DNA of 63,991 nt, the filler included, from Barthelona sp. PAP020 (Eukaryota), in NCBI GenBank assembly GCA_040182905.1. It is 5 parts of 5 records of this genome, joined end to end, with 100 filler letters (N's around TTAATTAATTAA, not from the genome) between each part and the next. Parts side by side here need not be neighbours in the genome. Positions count along the whole stretch, not along the records: positions 40,510 to 53,881 come from JARQWU010000328.1; positions 53,982 to 63,991 come from JARQWU010000413.1; 3 more parts are not named here. The stretch is one strand, 5' to 3'. The stretch's first letter is position 1, and the number at the start of each line of letters is the position of its first letter. Below are positions 52,988 through 63,596 of this stretch, piece by piece. A program made the translations under genes and the position numbers. Below the pieces are notes generated by a model, which saw only the letters and a list, made by a program, of their open reading frames with translations, was not told the origin of the DNA and did not search any database.

Positions 52988-53236
52988 TTAAAGAATTATA
53001 CAACTGAGTCCACAAAATTTGGACTGTGGATCTTCTCTTTCCCTCAATATCGGGGATTTAACCGGATAAATAGCAATTGATGAATTCAAAAAAGGATCCA
53101 GTTTTTGATTTTTGTTCATGTAATTCATCATGTCAACAATAGGTTTTTGTGTCGGTATTGCGTCATCCAAATATTTTAAATAGCGTTCAGCAGTTTGAAT
53201 TTCATTTTCATACGTTTCTTTTCGTTGTTCTAGCAT
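52988..53236 (-). CDS. G-protein gamma-subunit-like small prenylated protein
   Basis: 82 aa: N-terminal helix, DPFL motif, C-terminal CaaX box CIIL. Confidence 0.6.
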   Translation of the reverse strand: MLEQRKETYENEIQTAERYLKYLDDAIPTQKPIVDMMNYMNKNQKLDPFLNSSIAIYPVKSPILREREDPQSKFCGLSCIIL

Positions 53237-53535
53237 ATTTCTATAAGTAACGAAAAATTGTTCAATTATTAGACTAAATTGATGTGTTTTACCAAAAAAA
53301 AAACACTTCGATAAATTTAAGTTGTGAAAAAAAAACTAAAACAAAAATTTTCCAAACCTAATTTCTCATCTTCATTGTTTTTGAGTGTTTCTTTTGTTTA
53401 AAAAAAAAATAAATATTTGATTTGCTGTTGATTTTTATCATACAGTCTTGAATAAAGTTTGAACGCTTTTGCTTGACTTGATAAATCATTTCAAACATAC
53501 ATATTTTGTCAGGCTGGCCTTTTTTTTTTATTGAA

Positions 53536-53881
53536 ATGAAGGCGAATGATGATGTTATCAGAAATCTTTCTGGTTGTAAAAAATTATTTTTTTCATGATT
53601 AGTGCAGAATTATTACAGAATTTTGAGGCTGCAAGAGCTTCGGGGTATTGATTATTGTTGATTATTATGCTAATTTTGGTAGTTATTGGTATGAGTTTAC
53701 CAAAGATGTTGACGAGTTTGTTTTATCTTTGGACAATTCTTTTGAAGGATTTGTTGAATTATTTGAAGAAATAATATTGAAAGAAACAAAGAATTTACCA
53801 CCAAAATGGATGTTACATTTATTAAATCGAATTATGAGATTAGGAAATGAAGAAGGTGATATTGTAATTGAATTATGTGAT
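53536..53881 (+). CDS. Hypothetical helical protein, 5' fragment with two short introns (53573-53607, 53645-53682), cut by contig end
   Basis: Removing the 35-nt and 38-nt GT-AG introns gives a continuous frame MKANDDVIRNLSELLQNFEAARASGYWYEFTKDVDEF... Confidence 0.62.
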
Positions 53882-53981
53882 NNNNNNNNNNNNNNNNNNN
53901 NNNNNNNNNNNNNNNNNNNNNNNNNTTAATTAATTAANNNNNNNNNNNNNNNNNNNNNNNNNNNNNNNNNNNNNNNNNNNN
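53882..53981. other. Artificial contig spacer
   Basis: N-run with TTAATTAATTAA at 53926-53937. Confidence 0.97.
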
Positions 53982-54101
53982 TGACTCTTGCTTGGATGCA
54001 AACATCATTACATTTTTGTTTGTTTGCTTTTCTTTCGCTATTTTAATCAAACTATCTGTTTTTCCAGCAAATGTAGGACCTAAAATCAGATGAATAGACA
54101 T
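53982..54101 (-). CDS. Thymidine kinase (TK1-type)-like, 5' fragment cut by contig end
   Basis: MSIHLILGPTFAGKTDSLI resembles the TK1 P-loop IxGPMFSGKT. Confidence 0.6.
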
Positions 54102-54284
54102 AATAAAATTGATTGTCACAGAAAAAACCTTTCTTTGAAAAGTAACGTTTTTCTTTTTTGAAATAAACATTGCATTTCGGAGAGGTTTCTTCCATTAAAT
54201 TAAAGATTAAAACCATTGAGTTTGTTTTTTTGACAAAAAATTAGTTGGCGATAATATTGAATTTCTTTTTCCCATCACATATCA

Positions 54285-55661
54285 ATGCAATATCATTTGG
54301 GAATTGTTATCGAAGATACAGATTGCGTTTGTGAGTTGCTAAAGGATTCGATTCCTGCTAATTATCATTTTCAATTTACATTATTGAATTTTACGATTAA
54401 CACTTTGCAATTTACTGATTTCCATCGTACTGGATTACCAACAGACTCAGTTGTATTTGAATTTCCTGAAAATGCACAACAAATAAAATCTAAATTGGCA
54501 TCTTTCAAATTGTTATTGTTTTGCAATCCTTTAGAGGAGTCAATAGAGCCTTTTGTTATAGCAGAGGCATTTGTTCCTTTGCCTGATATTATTCAAAAAT
54601 ATTCTTCCTCTTTTACCACAACAGAAATTTTCAATTTAAAAACTGTTGAAAATTCTCAAGCCATTATTAAAGGTAATGTAAAATTTAGATTTACGCTTGA
54701 TGCAGCGGGTGTAGAACCAAGTTTACATATTCAAAATAAAGCACAAATTGTTGATGCAAAGAATAGTCATGACAAACAGAAGTCCAATATGATGATAGAA
54801 AAAGAGCGTTTGGATTTATGGAGAGAAAAAGAAATGACTGCTTTTCACAACCATTTGAAGAAACAAGAAAGAGCAAGAATGAAAGAATTGGAAGATGCTT
54901 TTAGGCAAGAAAATGAGTTGAGAAAAACAAGAATAAACATGCGAGAAGAAGAATTAAAAGCGTTAGAAGATACTCTATTGAAAAAACAATCAAAATTAGA
55001 AAAAAAAGAGACTCAAATAGCTGCAAATGATCGTAATCTTAGTTTACAGAAAGAAAATATGGAAAGAGAAGTTAATAGATTGATTGAAACACATAAATTA
55101 GCCATGAATGCTTTAAAAGATGGGCATGTACATGAATTGAATACCGAAAGAGCTCATGTGTATTCTTTAGAAAAGCAAATTGAGTTTTACAAAAGCCAAT
55201 TTGAACAAATGAAAAAAGATAAGGACAAAATGGAGCAAGCTTATTTACAATTCAGAGAAGATTATTTATCGACACCGGAACATCAGTTTAGAAGAGAAAT
55301 TGAAGTTTTAAATTCTCGAATAGATGATTTGAGGACAGAAATTAAAGAGAAAGAAGAAAAAAACAACTTTTTAAACAAAAGATTAACGGAATCAGCGGAA
55401 ATCATCACAAAATTACAGAAAAAAAATCAAGAACTGCGTAAAAGATCAAAATATCAAAATAAGCAAAGTGAATTTGTTTTGGATCAACAATATCATTCTA
55501 TGTATCACACTGACAAAACAAATGATGTAAGCACTCAAAGAATAATGCGAGCCAATGATGTAAATTTGAAAAAAACAAATGACCCATTAAAAGACCGTTT
55601 TTATGATTTGCAATCATCTTTCGATCATTCAAACAGAAATGTTTATAAAAATATGACTTAA
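54285..55661 (+). CDS. CEP120-like centriolar protein (one C2-like domain + coiled coil)
   Basis: Beta-rich N-terminus, then LDLWREKEMTAFHNHLKKQERARMKELEDAF resembling the start of the CEP120 coiled coil. Confidence 0.6.
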   Translation: MQYHLGIVIEDTDCVCELLKDSIPANYHFQFTLLNFTINTLQFTDFHRTGLPTDSVVFEFPENAQQIKSKLASFKLLLFCNPLEESIEPFVIAEAFVPLPDIIQKYSSSFTTTEIFNLKTVENSQAIIKGNVKFRFTLDAAGVEPSLHIQNKAQIVDAKNSHDKQKSNMMIEKERLDLWREKEMTAFHNHLKKQERARMKELEDAFRQENELRKTRINMREEELKALEDTLLKKQSKLEKKETQIAANDRNLSLQKENMEREVNRLIETHKLAMNALKDGHVHELNTERAHVYSLEKQIEFYKSQFEQMKKDKDKMEQAYLQFREDYLSTPEHQFRREIEVLNSRIDDLRTEIKEKEEKNNFLNKRLTESAEIITKLQKKNQELRKRSKYQNKQSEFVLDQQYHSMYHTDKTNDVSTQRIMRANDVNLKKTNDPLKDRFYDLQSSFDHSNRNVYKNMT

Positions 55662-55777
55662 TGTTAATTTTCATTTCTTGTTAACGTGTATAAATTTATC
55701 AAAACCAATTTATTATTTTTGAAAAAAAAAAAAGGGAAAAAATCTTTGAAAGATATTTGTCTTTTTTAAAACCTTGT

Positions 55778-56512
55778 ATGCCTTTAGAAAGTGAAAAAGA
55801 CAATACAGAAAGTAATAACACTTCTGATATGCCTGAAATTGAAAATAATAACAATATTACAACAAAAAAGAAAAAACGTGCCAATCCTGCAAAACGTAGA
55901 AAAAAAATTGATCCAAATGCCTATGCTGAAGTTTATGTATCAAGTCCTTTCACTTCAAAAGTTAAAAGACCTCAAAGAAAATGGGCTAAAGATATCAAAC
56001 CTGAAAAACCCAAACGAACACAAACTAGACCTCAAAGTCCGAAATTAGGTGTTGTTGATCTTGCAAAGGCAAGAGAGCTTGATCTAAAAAAAAAGAAGAA
56101 ATTAGAAACTGAAATTGAGCGAAAAAAGAGTGAAATTGTTCGAAGTATGGAAAAAGATGAGAATCGTAAGGTTGAACAACGTTCTAAAGCAAGAATTACA
56201 ACTGCTTCAAAGAATTCACCGTCACCATTTGGTCATTCTCAACTAGAAGAACAAGAAGCTATTATTGAAAAACGTCGACTGGAAAGATTAGCATTAGAAA
56301 AATCCCGAAGAAAAAAACGCAAAGAATACATGTATATGCGATCAATTGAATTTGAAACAAGACTTGCTTCTGCTGTTCAGGAAGAAATAGTTAGACAAGA
56401 AAAAGAACAAGCTCGTATTGATCGTGACAAGCGTTTAAAGATGGATTTGGATTATGAAGAATCAGACAATGAATTTGAAGATGCAGGTGATGAATTTGAA
56501 CCTTTGATGTAA
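55778..56512 (+). CDS. Hypothetical charged (K/E/R-rich) protein
   Basis: ATG ORF of 244 aa with basic NLS-like clusters and an acidic tail. Confidence 0.7.
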   Translation: MPLESEKDNTESNNTSDMPEIENNNNITTKKKKRANPAKRRKKIDPNAYAEVYVSSPFTSKVKRPQRKWAKDIKPEKPKRTQTRPQSPKLGVVDLAKARELDLKKKKKLETEIERKKSEIVRSMEKDENRKVEQRSKARITTASKNSPSPFGHSQLEEQEAIIEKRRLERLALEKSRRKKRKEYMYMRSIEFETRLASAVQEEIVRQEKEQARIDRDKRLKMDLDYEESDNEFEDAGDEFEPLM

Positions 56513-56589
56513 AACCTGAGTTCTTTTTTCCTTTTTTTTTTTTTTGAGATTTTTGAATGAAAATAAAAGAAGAAAAACAGATTTATCAT

Positions 56590-57057
56590 TCATTCATGGG
56601 TAATAGAAGTCCATTGAGAAAAATCCCATGAATCGTCTTGAGTATGCTTTCTAAATCGTGCTAAGTCAATAAGGTCATTTTCATTGAGATCAATTTCAAA
56701 ATGTTTTGCAATATTGACAATATCTTTGAGTTTTACAATCCCTTCAGAAATAGTAGCCATATCTAACAATTCCCAACTTAGTTTTGCCAATTCAGTGTGT
56801 TTTAAAGAAGCAACTTTTTCGATACAATAATAAATAAAATCATTTTTGGAAACACAGTCTTTTTCTCTGAATAAAGCCGCTTCTGTGTAAGTTTCATATT
56901 GTGCAATAATATTTTTGTCTAAAAAACTAAAAGCTTGGGAAAAATCATCTTTAGATAAAAAACCATTTCCATTTTCATCTAATAAATCAAAAATATCTTG
57001 TATAATTTCAATAGTTGATTGTGATACAGAACCAAGGGATTTTAACTCCCCATTCAT
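56590..57057 (-). CDS. EF-hand protein, centrin/calmodulin-like, degenerate
   Basis: One canonical EF loop (DENGNGFLSKDDF) and four-EF spacing with the other loops degenerate. Confidence 0.75.
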   Translation of the reverse strand: MNGELKSLGSVSQSTIEIIQDIFDLLDENGNGFLSKDDFSQAFSFLDKNIIAQYETYTEAALFREKDCVSKNDFIYYCIEKVASLKHTELAKLSWELLDMATISEGIVKLKDIVNIAKHFEIDLNENDLIDLARFRKHTQDDSWDFSQWTSITHE

Positions 57058-57107
57058 CAATTTGAAATGCTAAAAAAATTGAATTGAGGTTTAATTTTTT
57101 TTGTTTC

Positions 57108-58169
57108 ATGACTTCAACTTTTCGAACAATAATTGTTGATGTGGATAATTTTTCTACATCCTCAGTTGAATTAAAGGATGCAGCATCTGCTTTGAGAAAT
57201 GGGGAAGTTGTTGCTTTTCCAACTGAAACTGTTTATGGTCTTGGTGCAAATGCTCTTAATCCATTAGCTATCAAGAAAATTTATTCTACTAAAGGTAGAC
57301 CTAGTGACAATCCATTAATTGTACATGTTCATTGCAAAGAAATGGCCAAAGAATTATTGAAAGAGATTCCAAATGGTTTTGATGCATTGGCAGATGCATT
57401 TTGGCCAGGTCCATTAACTATAATTGGAAAGAAAAAGAGTGTTGTTCCTGATGAGACAACTGGTGGTTTGGACACGGTTGGAATAAGAGTTCCTTCACAT
57501 CCTGCTGCTTTAAAATTCATTCAAGAGGCTAATTGTCCTGTAGCAGCACCATCTGCAAATGTTTCTGGTCGACCCAGTCCCACTTCTTCAATGCATGTTT
57601 ATGACGATTTGAAGGATCGGATTCCTTATATAATATCCTCAAATATTAAATGTGATTGTGGTGTTGAATCAACAATTGTTGATTTAACAGGAGAAATTCC
57701 CAGAATATTGAGACCTGGTCCTATTTCTTTGGAACAAATTGCCAATATTCTTAATTTACATGTGTCAACTCATACTTCAGATGGAAAAATCGCTTTGGCA
57801 CCTGGAATGAAATATAGACATTATTCTCCATCAATTCCAGTGCTTCTTTTTGATAAAATGCAATATACAGATCAGTTTCCAATTCATATTCCAGATTGTA
57901 TTGCAGTTTTAGGCGTTGATAGACTTAAAAATTGCTTTGTGATTGAAGAATCAAATTTTTTTAGTCTTGGAGATGATTCGATTTCAGCGTGTCAAAATTT
58001 ATTTTTCTACATGCGGGAAATTGAAAAAAAAGGGTTTCGTGGAATTATTATTGGTGAATTACCGTTATTAAATGATGATAGAAGTGTTGCCTTTATGAAT
58101 CGAGTAAAGAAAGCTTCTGTGGGCAATCTTATATTCTACAACGATTTTGACATTTATTTTGATTCTTGA
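57108..58169 (+). CDS. SUA5: Threonylcarbamoyl-AMP synthase Sua5 (YrdC + SUA5 domains)
   Basis: VAFPTETVYGLGANA, KGRPSDNPLIVH, AAPSANVSGRPSPT, GVESTIVD, APGMKYRHYSP. Confidence 0.96.
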   Translation: MTSTFRTIIVDVDNFSTSSVELKDAASALRNGEVVAFPTETVYGLGANALNPLAIKKIYSTKGRPSDNPLIVHVHCKEMAKELLKEIPNGFDALADAFWPGPLTIIGKKKSVVPDETTGGLDTVGIRVPSHPAALKFIQEANCPVAAPSANVSGRPSPTSSMHVYDDLKDRIPYIISSNIKCDCGVESTIVDLTGEIPRILRPGPISLEQIANILNLHVSTHTSDGKIALAPGMKYRHYSPSIPVLLFDKMQYTDQFPIHIPDCIAVLGVDRLKNCFVIEESNFFSLGDDSISACQNLFFYMREIEKKGFRGIIIGELPLLNDDRSVAFMNRVKKASVGNLIFYNDFDIYFDS

Positions 58170-58500
58170 ATAATGTGAGTTTTTTTTAAAAATATTTTTT
58201 GAATTCTTCAGCCAATGTGTGATTTTTGTTCCAGCTTTTTGAGGGTTTTTTTAATATGAGGATAACAATGTTTGCCATTTATAAAGGATATTCTTTTTTC
58301 TTCAGTATTCTTTTGAGAGTTAATTTTCAAAAAAAAAAGAAAAAAAAAGAAATTGGAAAGCATGAAGCGTTCTTTTATTTGAAAAAACCTTTCATAATCG
58401 GATTCACATTGATTATTTGGATTTTTTGATCAAATCAACAATGCAATTTTAGGAATATTTTTTTGCCGGCGTTTTTAGTTGAATTAATGGTTTAAAAATT

Positions 58501-59109
58501 ATGAATTCAACAAAACTAATGATAATGATTTATCTGTTGCAGCAAAAACCAGAGGATGTATCAGTTGTTGATTATGCAATTCATTTGCAAGAAATTTTGT
58601 TGTTGGAAAAACCAAAATTTGTTTTGTTGCAAAACAAATTGTGTTCGAAATTGACTTCTTTTTTTTTCAATGTTGAACTTTTGAACCCCATTAATAAATT
58701 AGAAAGATTTATTAAATTTCAGAATCCTTCAGACAATGAGTCTTTTGATATTTTTGCGGATTTGTTTGTTGCTGCTTTTAAATACACGTTATTACATCCA
58801 AATTTTGGTAATTTAGACATTTTTCCAAATTTTTCATCCATTCTTTCCAATGTTCAGTTGTTGAAATTGAAAGTACGAATTGATCTTTGGTTTCAACAAT
58901 TTGATATAAATTCTATCAGCACAGATTACAAGATGTATCACTCATTGAAATTTCATTATCTTTATTCGATAAATTTGGACAGTTTTGAGGATAAAAATTT
59001 TTTGTTTTTGACAAAAGATAACATGTTTTCATCTGTCAACAACCCTTTGACCAATAATCTGAAAAAACTGAATGACTGCATTGGTTTTGTTGTAAATGAT
59101 GAAAAATAA
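58501..59109 (+). CDS. Hypothetical protein
   Basis: 202-aa ATG ORF with no recognised motif. Confidence 0.55.
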   Translation: MNSTKLMIMIYLLQQKPEDVSVVDYAIHLQEILLLEKPKFVLLQNKLCSKLTSFFFNVELLNPINKLERFIKFQNPSDNESFDIFADLFVAAFKYTLLHPNFGNLDIFPNFSSILSNVQLLKLKVRIDLWFQQFDINSISTDYKMYHSLKFHYLYSINLDSFEDKNFLFLTKDNMFSSVNNPLTNNLKKLNDCIGFVVNDEK

Positions 59110-59195
59110 TTTCCTTTTTACGAACTTTTCAATTTTGTTGTTTTCACAGTTGATTTGTTTTTTAAAAGATTGGTAAAATAATAAACACTTATTTT

Positions 59196-59621
59196 ATGTC
59201 TGGCTGGAATCGATTTGTTGATTTGTTAAAGAAGAATACCGATTGCGAAGGGGCTTGTATTCTTGGTATTGATGGTTTTTGTTGGGCTCACACTGATTCT
59301 TTCAATCTTGATAATCAAGAAGATAACGATATTTTGGTGACCAATTTTAACAATCCAGGAAAAATTTTATCATTAAATCATGAAAAATTCCTCATCACAT
59401 CAGCACAGGTTGGTGAAGGGGATGATTTCGATGAACTAACAGCAAAGAGTTTGACGAATCCTGAACACAGTCTTTCTGCAATTCGTCTCAATCGATGTGT
59501 CTTTGCGGTTGAGTCAAAGAAAAGAAGGATGGAAAATGGGATCCCTCTTGAACATAACTTTGCCCGTTCTCGCCAAGAATTGTTCAGAATTGGGGAATAT
59601 TTGAAGAGCAGAGGGTTTTGA
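59196..59621 (+). CDS. Profilin
   Basis: MSGWNRFVDLL, ACILGIDGFCWA, C-terminal IGEYLKSRGF. Confidence 0.88.
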   Translation: MSGWNRFVDLLKKNTDCEGACILGIDGFCWAHTDSFNLDNQEDNDILVTNFNNPGKILSLNHEKFLITSAQVGEGDDFDELTAKSLTNPEHSLSAIRLNRCVFAVESKKRRMENGIPLEHNFARSRQELFRIGEYLKSRGF

Positions 59622-60921
59622 CAAGTAAATATCAATTTTTTTTCTTTTTTTTTCCATTTTTTTTCTGTTTTCACTTATTTTCGCAGATTGTGTGTTTTGA
59701 TTTTTTCTCTTTTCAAATTTGGTTTGACTTTCACCTTTTTGTTTGCTTTGATAAAAGTTGTTTCTTGCTTGCGACATTTTTTTTGGGAACTTTCTTTTTG
59801 TTCTTTCACAAAAGCCTCTCCAAACGAGAATTCATTTCGAACGCACCATGAACTTTTTTGATTTCCCGGCTACAAATCGAATTGAGCTTTTTAAATTGTT
59901 TCTCAATTTTGACTTGCAAAATAAATTCAATATTTTCTTTTATCTAACAATTTTGAATTTCTTCAAATTAGGGCAAATTAAAGTTATTTCTTATTTCGAG
60001 CAATTTGTATTACTCAAATAGTTTTTCATTCTTGAATTTGTGTTAAATTCTACCTCTTTTTTGGTGGAATGAAAGACATTTTCAATTCTTTTAATAATAA
60101 TAATGAAATTAATGATAAGAAATTATATTTAAAAATTGCAATAAAATAATTAACATTTAAACAAATTAAAATAAATTGATGGTTTTTGCAAATAAATTAT
60201 TTCAAATTCTTTTGCTTTTGAAAATATGTCTCAAGTGTAGAGAAAATTTGTTAATTTTAAGTAATACCTTTTTTTTTAAAAAATTAAAAATATTATCACA
60301 ATCCTTTTCAAATTTACCAAACAGAATAAACATATGTGGTAAATGGTGTTTTGAATTTGTGATACATAAAAATTCAAAAATATATTTATCTTAAAAGTTC
60401 ATTACTTCATAGAAAACTTTCAAGAGGAGGCAAATAGAATTGAATTTGATTTGAATATGAAATTTGAAGTCGAACCAAAAATATAGAATGGTTAAAGACC
60501 TTTTATAATACAGAAAGAATGTATGTAAATTTATAAAATGTATTGAAACTTTATGTATTTTAAATTCTTTTCTTTGTTTAACTGTATAATTTTGTAAAGA
60601 TTTGAGTGAAAGAAAGGAGATTTTGAATTTGGATTTTTGATTATTAAATAAAAAGTTTGTAACACAATAATATGTCATAATTTGAAAACCCAAAAATATT
60701 TTATTGAAAACTGTTCCACTTTATTCACAAAGAAACAAATTCAATTTTTAAAGGAAATATCGGAATAAAAGAAGGAAATCAAACGGAATGAAAAGATGTC
60801 AAGGTTCTTGTGTTGCTTAAAAATGATTACCAGAAATAAGAAATTGTAAAAAAAAAAAATTGTGAAAAGTGAAACAATGTTTATGCCATCAAAAGCTGGA
60901 AGGAGTGCAAAATTTTTTTTG

Positions 60922-61980
60922 TCAAAACTGAAAATTGAAGGAAAAGACATCATCAAAAGAAACTTTTTCCTCGTCTTTGTCTTGGTTGAGATTGAAATCC
61001 GAAGGTCTGGTCGATTGAGAGGAAAGATTTGTGTGTGAATTTTTAACATGATCCTTTGATGAAGTGTTGGAAAAAGAAAAAATCTCATTCGTGGAATTGA
61101 TGAACGAAATGACTGATTGCTCATTTGAATTGAATAAAGGGAAATGATTTGAAATTTGTGAAAGAGAAGAACTTTGTTGCTTTGACATATCATTTACTTC
61201 AGCAAAGCAATTTGAAACCACATCTTTTGAAGAATTGTCATTCAATTTTCTTTCAATTTCAACAGAAGTAGTTGAAAATGTTGAAGTTGATCCAAAAGTG
61301 TGTTCCACATTTGGATGTGACACAGAAGACAAAGAGTCAGAAGACGAAGATGATTGAGAATCAAAGGTTTCAACAAAATTGCAAGAATTTTTTGATTCAT
61401 CCTGTTGAAAAGCAAATTCTTCTTTGTAATTGTCCAAAAAGGGAATGACTGTTTCGAAATTCTTTTCACATAAAACTCCAAAATATTTTTCCATTCCACT
61501 TTCAAATATGCATAAATCTTTCAAAATTACAACATTACCAATCATTAATTGCTTTTTACAATCATCGATTGAAGAAAACGGAAAGTTTATTAAATTGAAC
61601 GGAATTGAAAAAGAAACTCGAGAAAATCCCTGAATTATCAGGCAGCAAACATCAAATTCAGTGCAAAACATATCGACAATAATACCTATCGCTCGAACAA
61701 CAAGACAAAAATCTTCATTTGGGTTGAAATTAACTTCAAGTTCAGTGACATTATGGTTTTCTTTGATTTCATTCCAAATTTCCTGTTGATTGCCAGTAAA
61801 TTCAGATATTTGCACTTTAGAAAAAAAATAAAATATTATGAAACAAAATTGCAAAAGGAAAAACAAACAAGGAAAAGGAATGATTTTTATGAATTTTTCA
61901 ATGATTTTTAATGATGGAAACAAAACACAGATAAAAAAGTAAAGTGATTTGAATTTTTTTTTTCTGTATACAAATGGCAT
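60922..61980 (-). CDS. Hypothetical protein, possible HROB/DUF4539-type OB fold followed by Ser-rich tail; true start uncertain
   Basis: KQLMIGNVVILKDLCIF..KYFGVLCEKNFETVIP resembles the HROB OB-fold end. The first ~55 codons look like AT-rich non-coding sequence. Confidence 0.4.
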   Translation of the reverse strand: MPFVYRKKKFKSLYFFICVLFPSLKIIEKFIKIIPFPCLFFLLQFCFIIFYFFSKVQISEFTGNQQEIWNEIKENHNVTELEVNFNPNEDFCLVVRAIGIIVDMFCTEFDVCCLIIQGFSRVSFSIPFNLINFPFSSIDDCKKQLMIGNVVILKDLCIFESGMEKYFGVLCEKNFETVIPFLDNYKEEFAFQQDESKNSCNFVETFDSQSSSSSDSLSSVSHPNVEHTFGSTSTFSTTSVEIERKLNDNSSKDVVSNCFAEVNDMSKQQSSSLSQISNHFPLFNSNEQSVISFINSTNEIFSFSNTSSKDHVKNSHTNLSSQSTRPSDFNLNQDKDEEKVSFDDVFSFNFQF

Positions 61981-62033
61981 ACACAGAGACGTTGACTTCC
62001 CATTCTATATTTTCAAAGTTGACGATATTTCAA

Positions 62034-63596
62034 ATGACTGAAAAATGGGTTCCAGAAGAGGTCGAAAAATTTCGAATTGTAGCTTGTCATTTTACTGATT
62101 GTAATGATGATGAATTTGAGAAATTTTGTAATGTGATTGAAATCAATGCATCTGAAAATAATTTGAATGTGATCTGTTTTAGAAAGTTTAATTCTTTGAA
62201 ATATTTAAATTTATCCTTGAACACCATGAGAAAATTACAGTTGAGAAATGTTGGAGAATCTGTTGAAGATTTTTTAAAACATAAATTTTTAATTTATTTG
62301 GAAGATTTGGATCTTTCATTTAATTCTTTGAAAGATAGTGTTTTTGATGAATTGAGACTTTTGCCTCATTTGACTAATTTAGTACTTTCTCACAATGAAA
62401 TTAGCTTATGTGATGTTGATTTGAAAAAAACTTTACCCTTTTTCCCGAACTTATCAAATTTGCATCTTGAGCATAATAACATAGCAAATTATGGTGTTTT
62501 ATCTTATATTCCACATTTAAAGATGCTATATTTACAAAACAACCCAATAAATTCTATGAAAACTCGTGAATTTCCTCATTTAATTTTTATAAATCTTCAT
62601 TCAACCAATATCAATGACATTCCAACAGATATTAAAATCATTTGTCCCAAATTATTGGACATGGACATTAGAAAGACCAAAACAAGTGGAAAATTTATTA
62701 AAGAGTATTGTGGAATAAAAATTGTAAGTTCTCCTCGAACCAATATCATGAATAGTTTTGATTATCATGTCAAACCGACTCGTATTCCAAAAGTTCCTTC
62801 GATGTTAGAATATTATGAAAATCAACAACCCAAAAAAAAAGTTGAACAAATAAAAGATGAAATTGATTTTAAATCTCAGGAAAATTTTGATATTTCAAAA
62901 TTTTCAACTTCGATTTTATTGACAGAAGGTTTAGATTCTAAATTTCCTTCATTAAAAAAGAATTTTAAAGGAACTATAAACACATCTACTGAAGAATTTA
63001 GAGACATTGAAAAACTTGTTTTTGATAGTGGGAAATTTCCACCACCTTCTTTACAAGATTTAAAGTATGTTTTCAATCGTGGTATGATTAATGTCAACAA
63101 TGCATATATTTTGTTGCAAAATGAAATTTCTGACCCACTTCTAACAATGGATCATTCTTTTGGAAAGAATAGGGTCAGCAGTCTGATAAAAACAACACAT
63201 TTACAGAATATTCGTACTAAAATGAATATTTCAAAGAAGAGAAATAAATTGAAACCAGATGTTTTAAGTAAGTTAGAATTGCTTTCAAACAATCAATCTC
63301 CAAATCTAAAATCTTTATTTTCAAATAACACTGATGAAATATTAAATGAGGCCTTAGAAGCCAATTTTTCAAATTTATTCGATAAAATGAACAATTTAGG
63401 AACAGAAGTTGAAAACATTTTGAAAGATGAACAGGAAAAAATTGTTTCAACGCAAAAACTTAATCAAAATAATTCATCTATTCTCAATCACACTGCAAAA
63501 TTGTTATCAGATGCTCAAAAGGAATATGATGATTTTAAAGATGTTGTTTCACAGCATCAAACTTCATCAAATGTATTTATTACTCAAAGTATTTGA
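62034..63596 (+). CDS. XRRA1-like leucine-rich repeat protein
   Basis: INASENNL..FNSLKYLNLSLN..LEDLDLSFNSL..LRLLPHLTNLVLSHNEI recall the XRRA1 LRRs. An alternative ATG exists at 61974. Confidence 0.65.
   Translation: MTEKWVPEEVEKFRIVACHFTDCNDDEFEKFCNVIEINASENNLNVICFRKFNSLKYLNLSLNTMRKLQLRNVGESVEDFLKHKFLIYLEDLDLSFNSLKDSVFDELRLLPHLTNLVLSHNEISLCDVDLKKTLPFFPNLSNLHLEHNNIANYGVLSYIPHLKMLYLQNNPINSMKTREFPHLIFINLHSTNINDIPTDIKIICPKLLDMDIRKTKTSGKFIKEYCGIKIVSSPRTNIMNSFDYHVKPTRIPKVPSMLEYYENQQPKKKVEQIKDEIDFKSQENFDISKFSTSILLTEGLDSKFPSLKKNFKGTINTSTEEFRDIEKLVFDSGKFPPPSLQDLKYVFNRGMINVNNAYILLQNEISDPLLTMDHSFGKNRVSSLIKTTHLQNIRTKMNISKKRNKLKPDVLSKLELLSNNQSPNLKSLFSNNTDEILNEALEANFSNLFDKMNNLGTEVENILKDEQEKIVSTQKLNQNNSSILNHTAKLLSDAQKEYDDFKDVVSQHQTSSNVFITQSI

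Noticed and set aside
59618..60900. Several 70-100 aa F/K/I/L-rich ORFs, also at 40761-41093, 42633-42866 and 47316-47591
   Set aside because: Their composition is what AT-rich homopolymer intergenic DNA yields by chance; no motifs.
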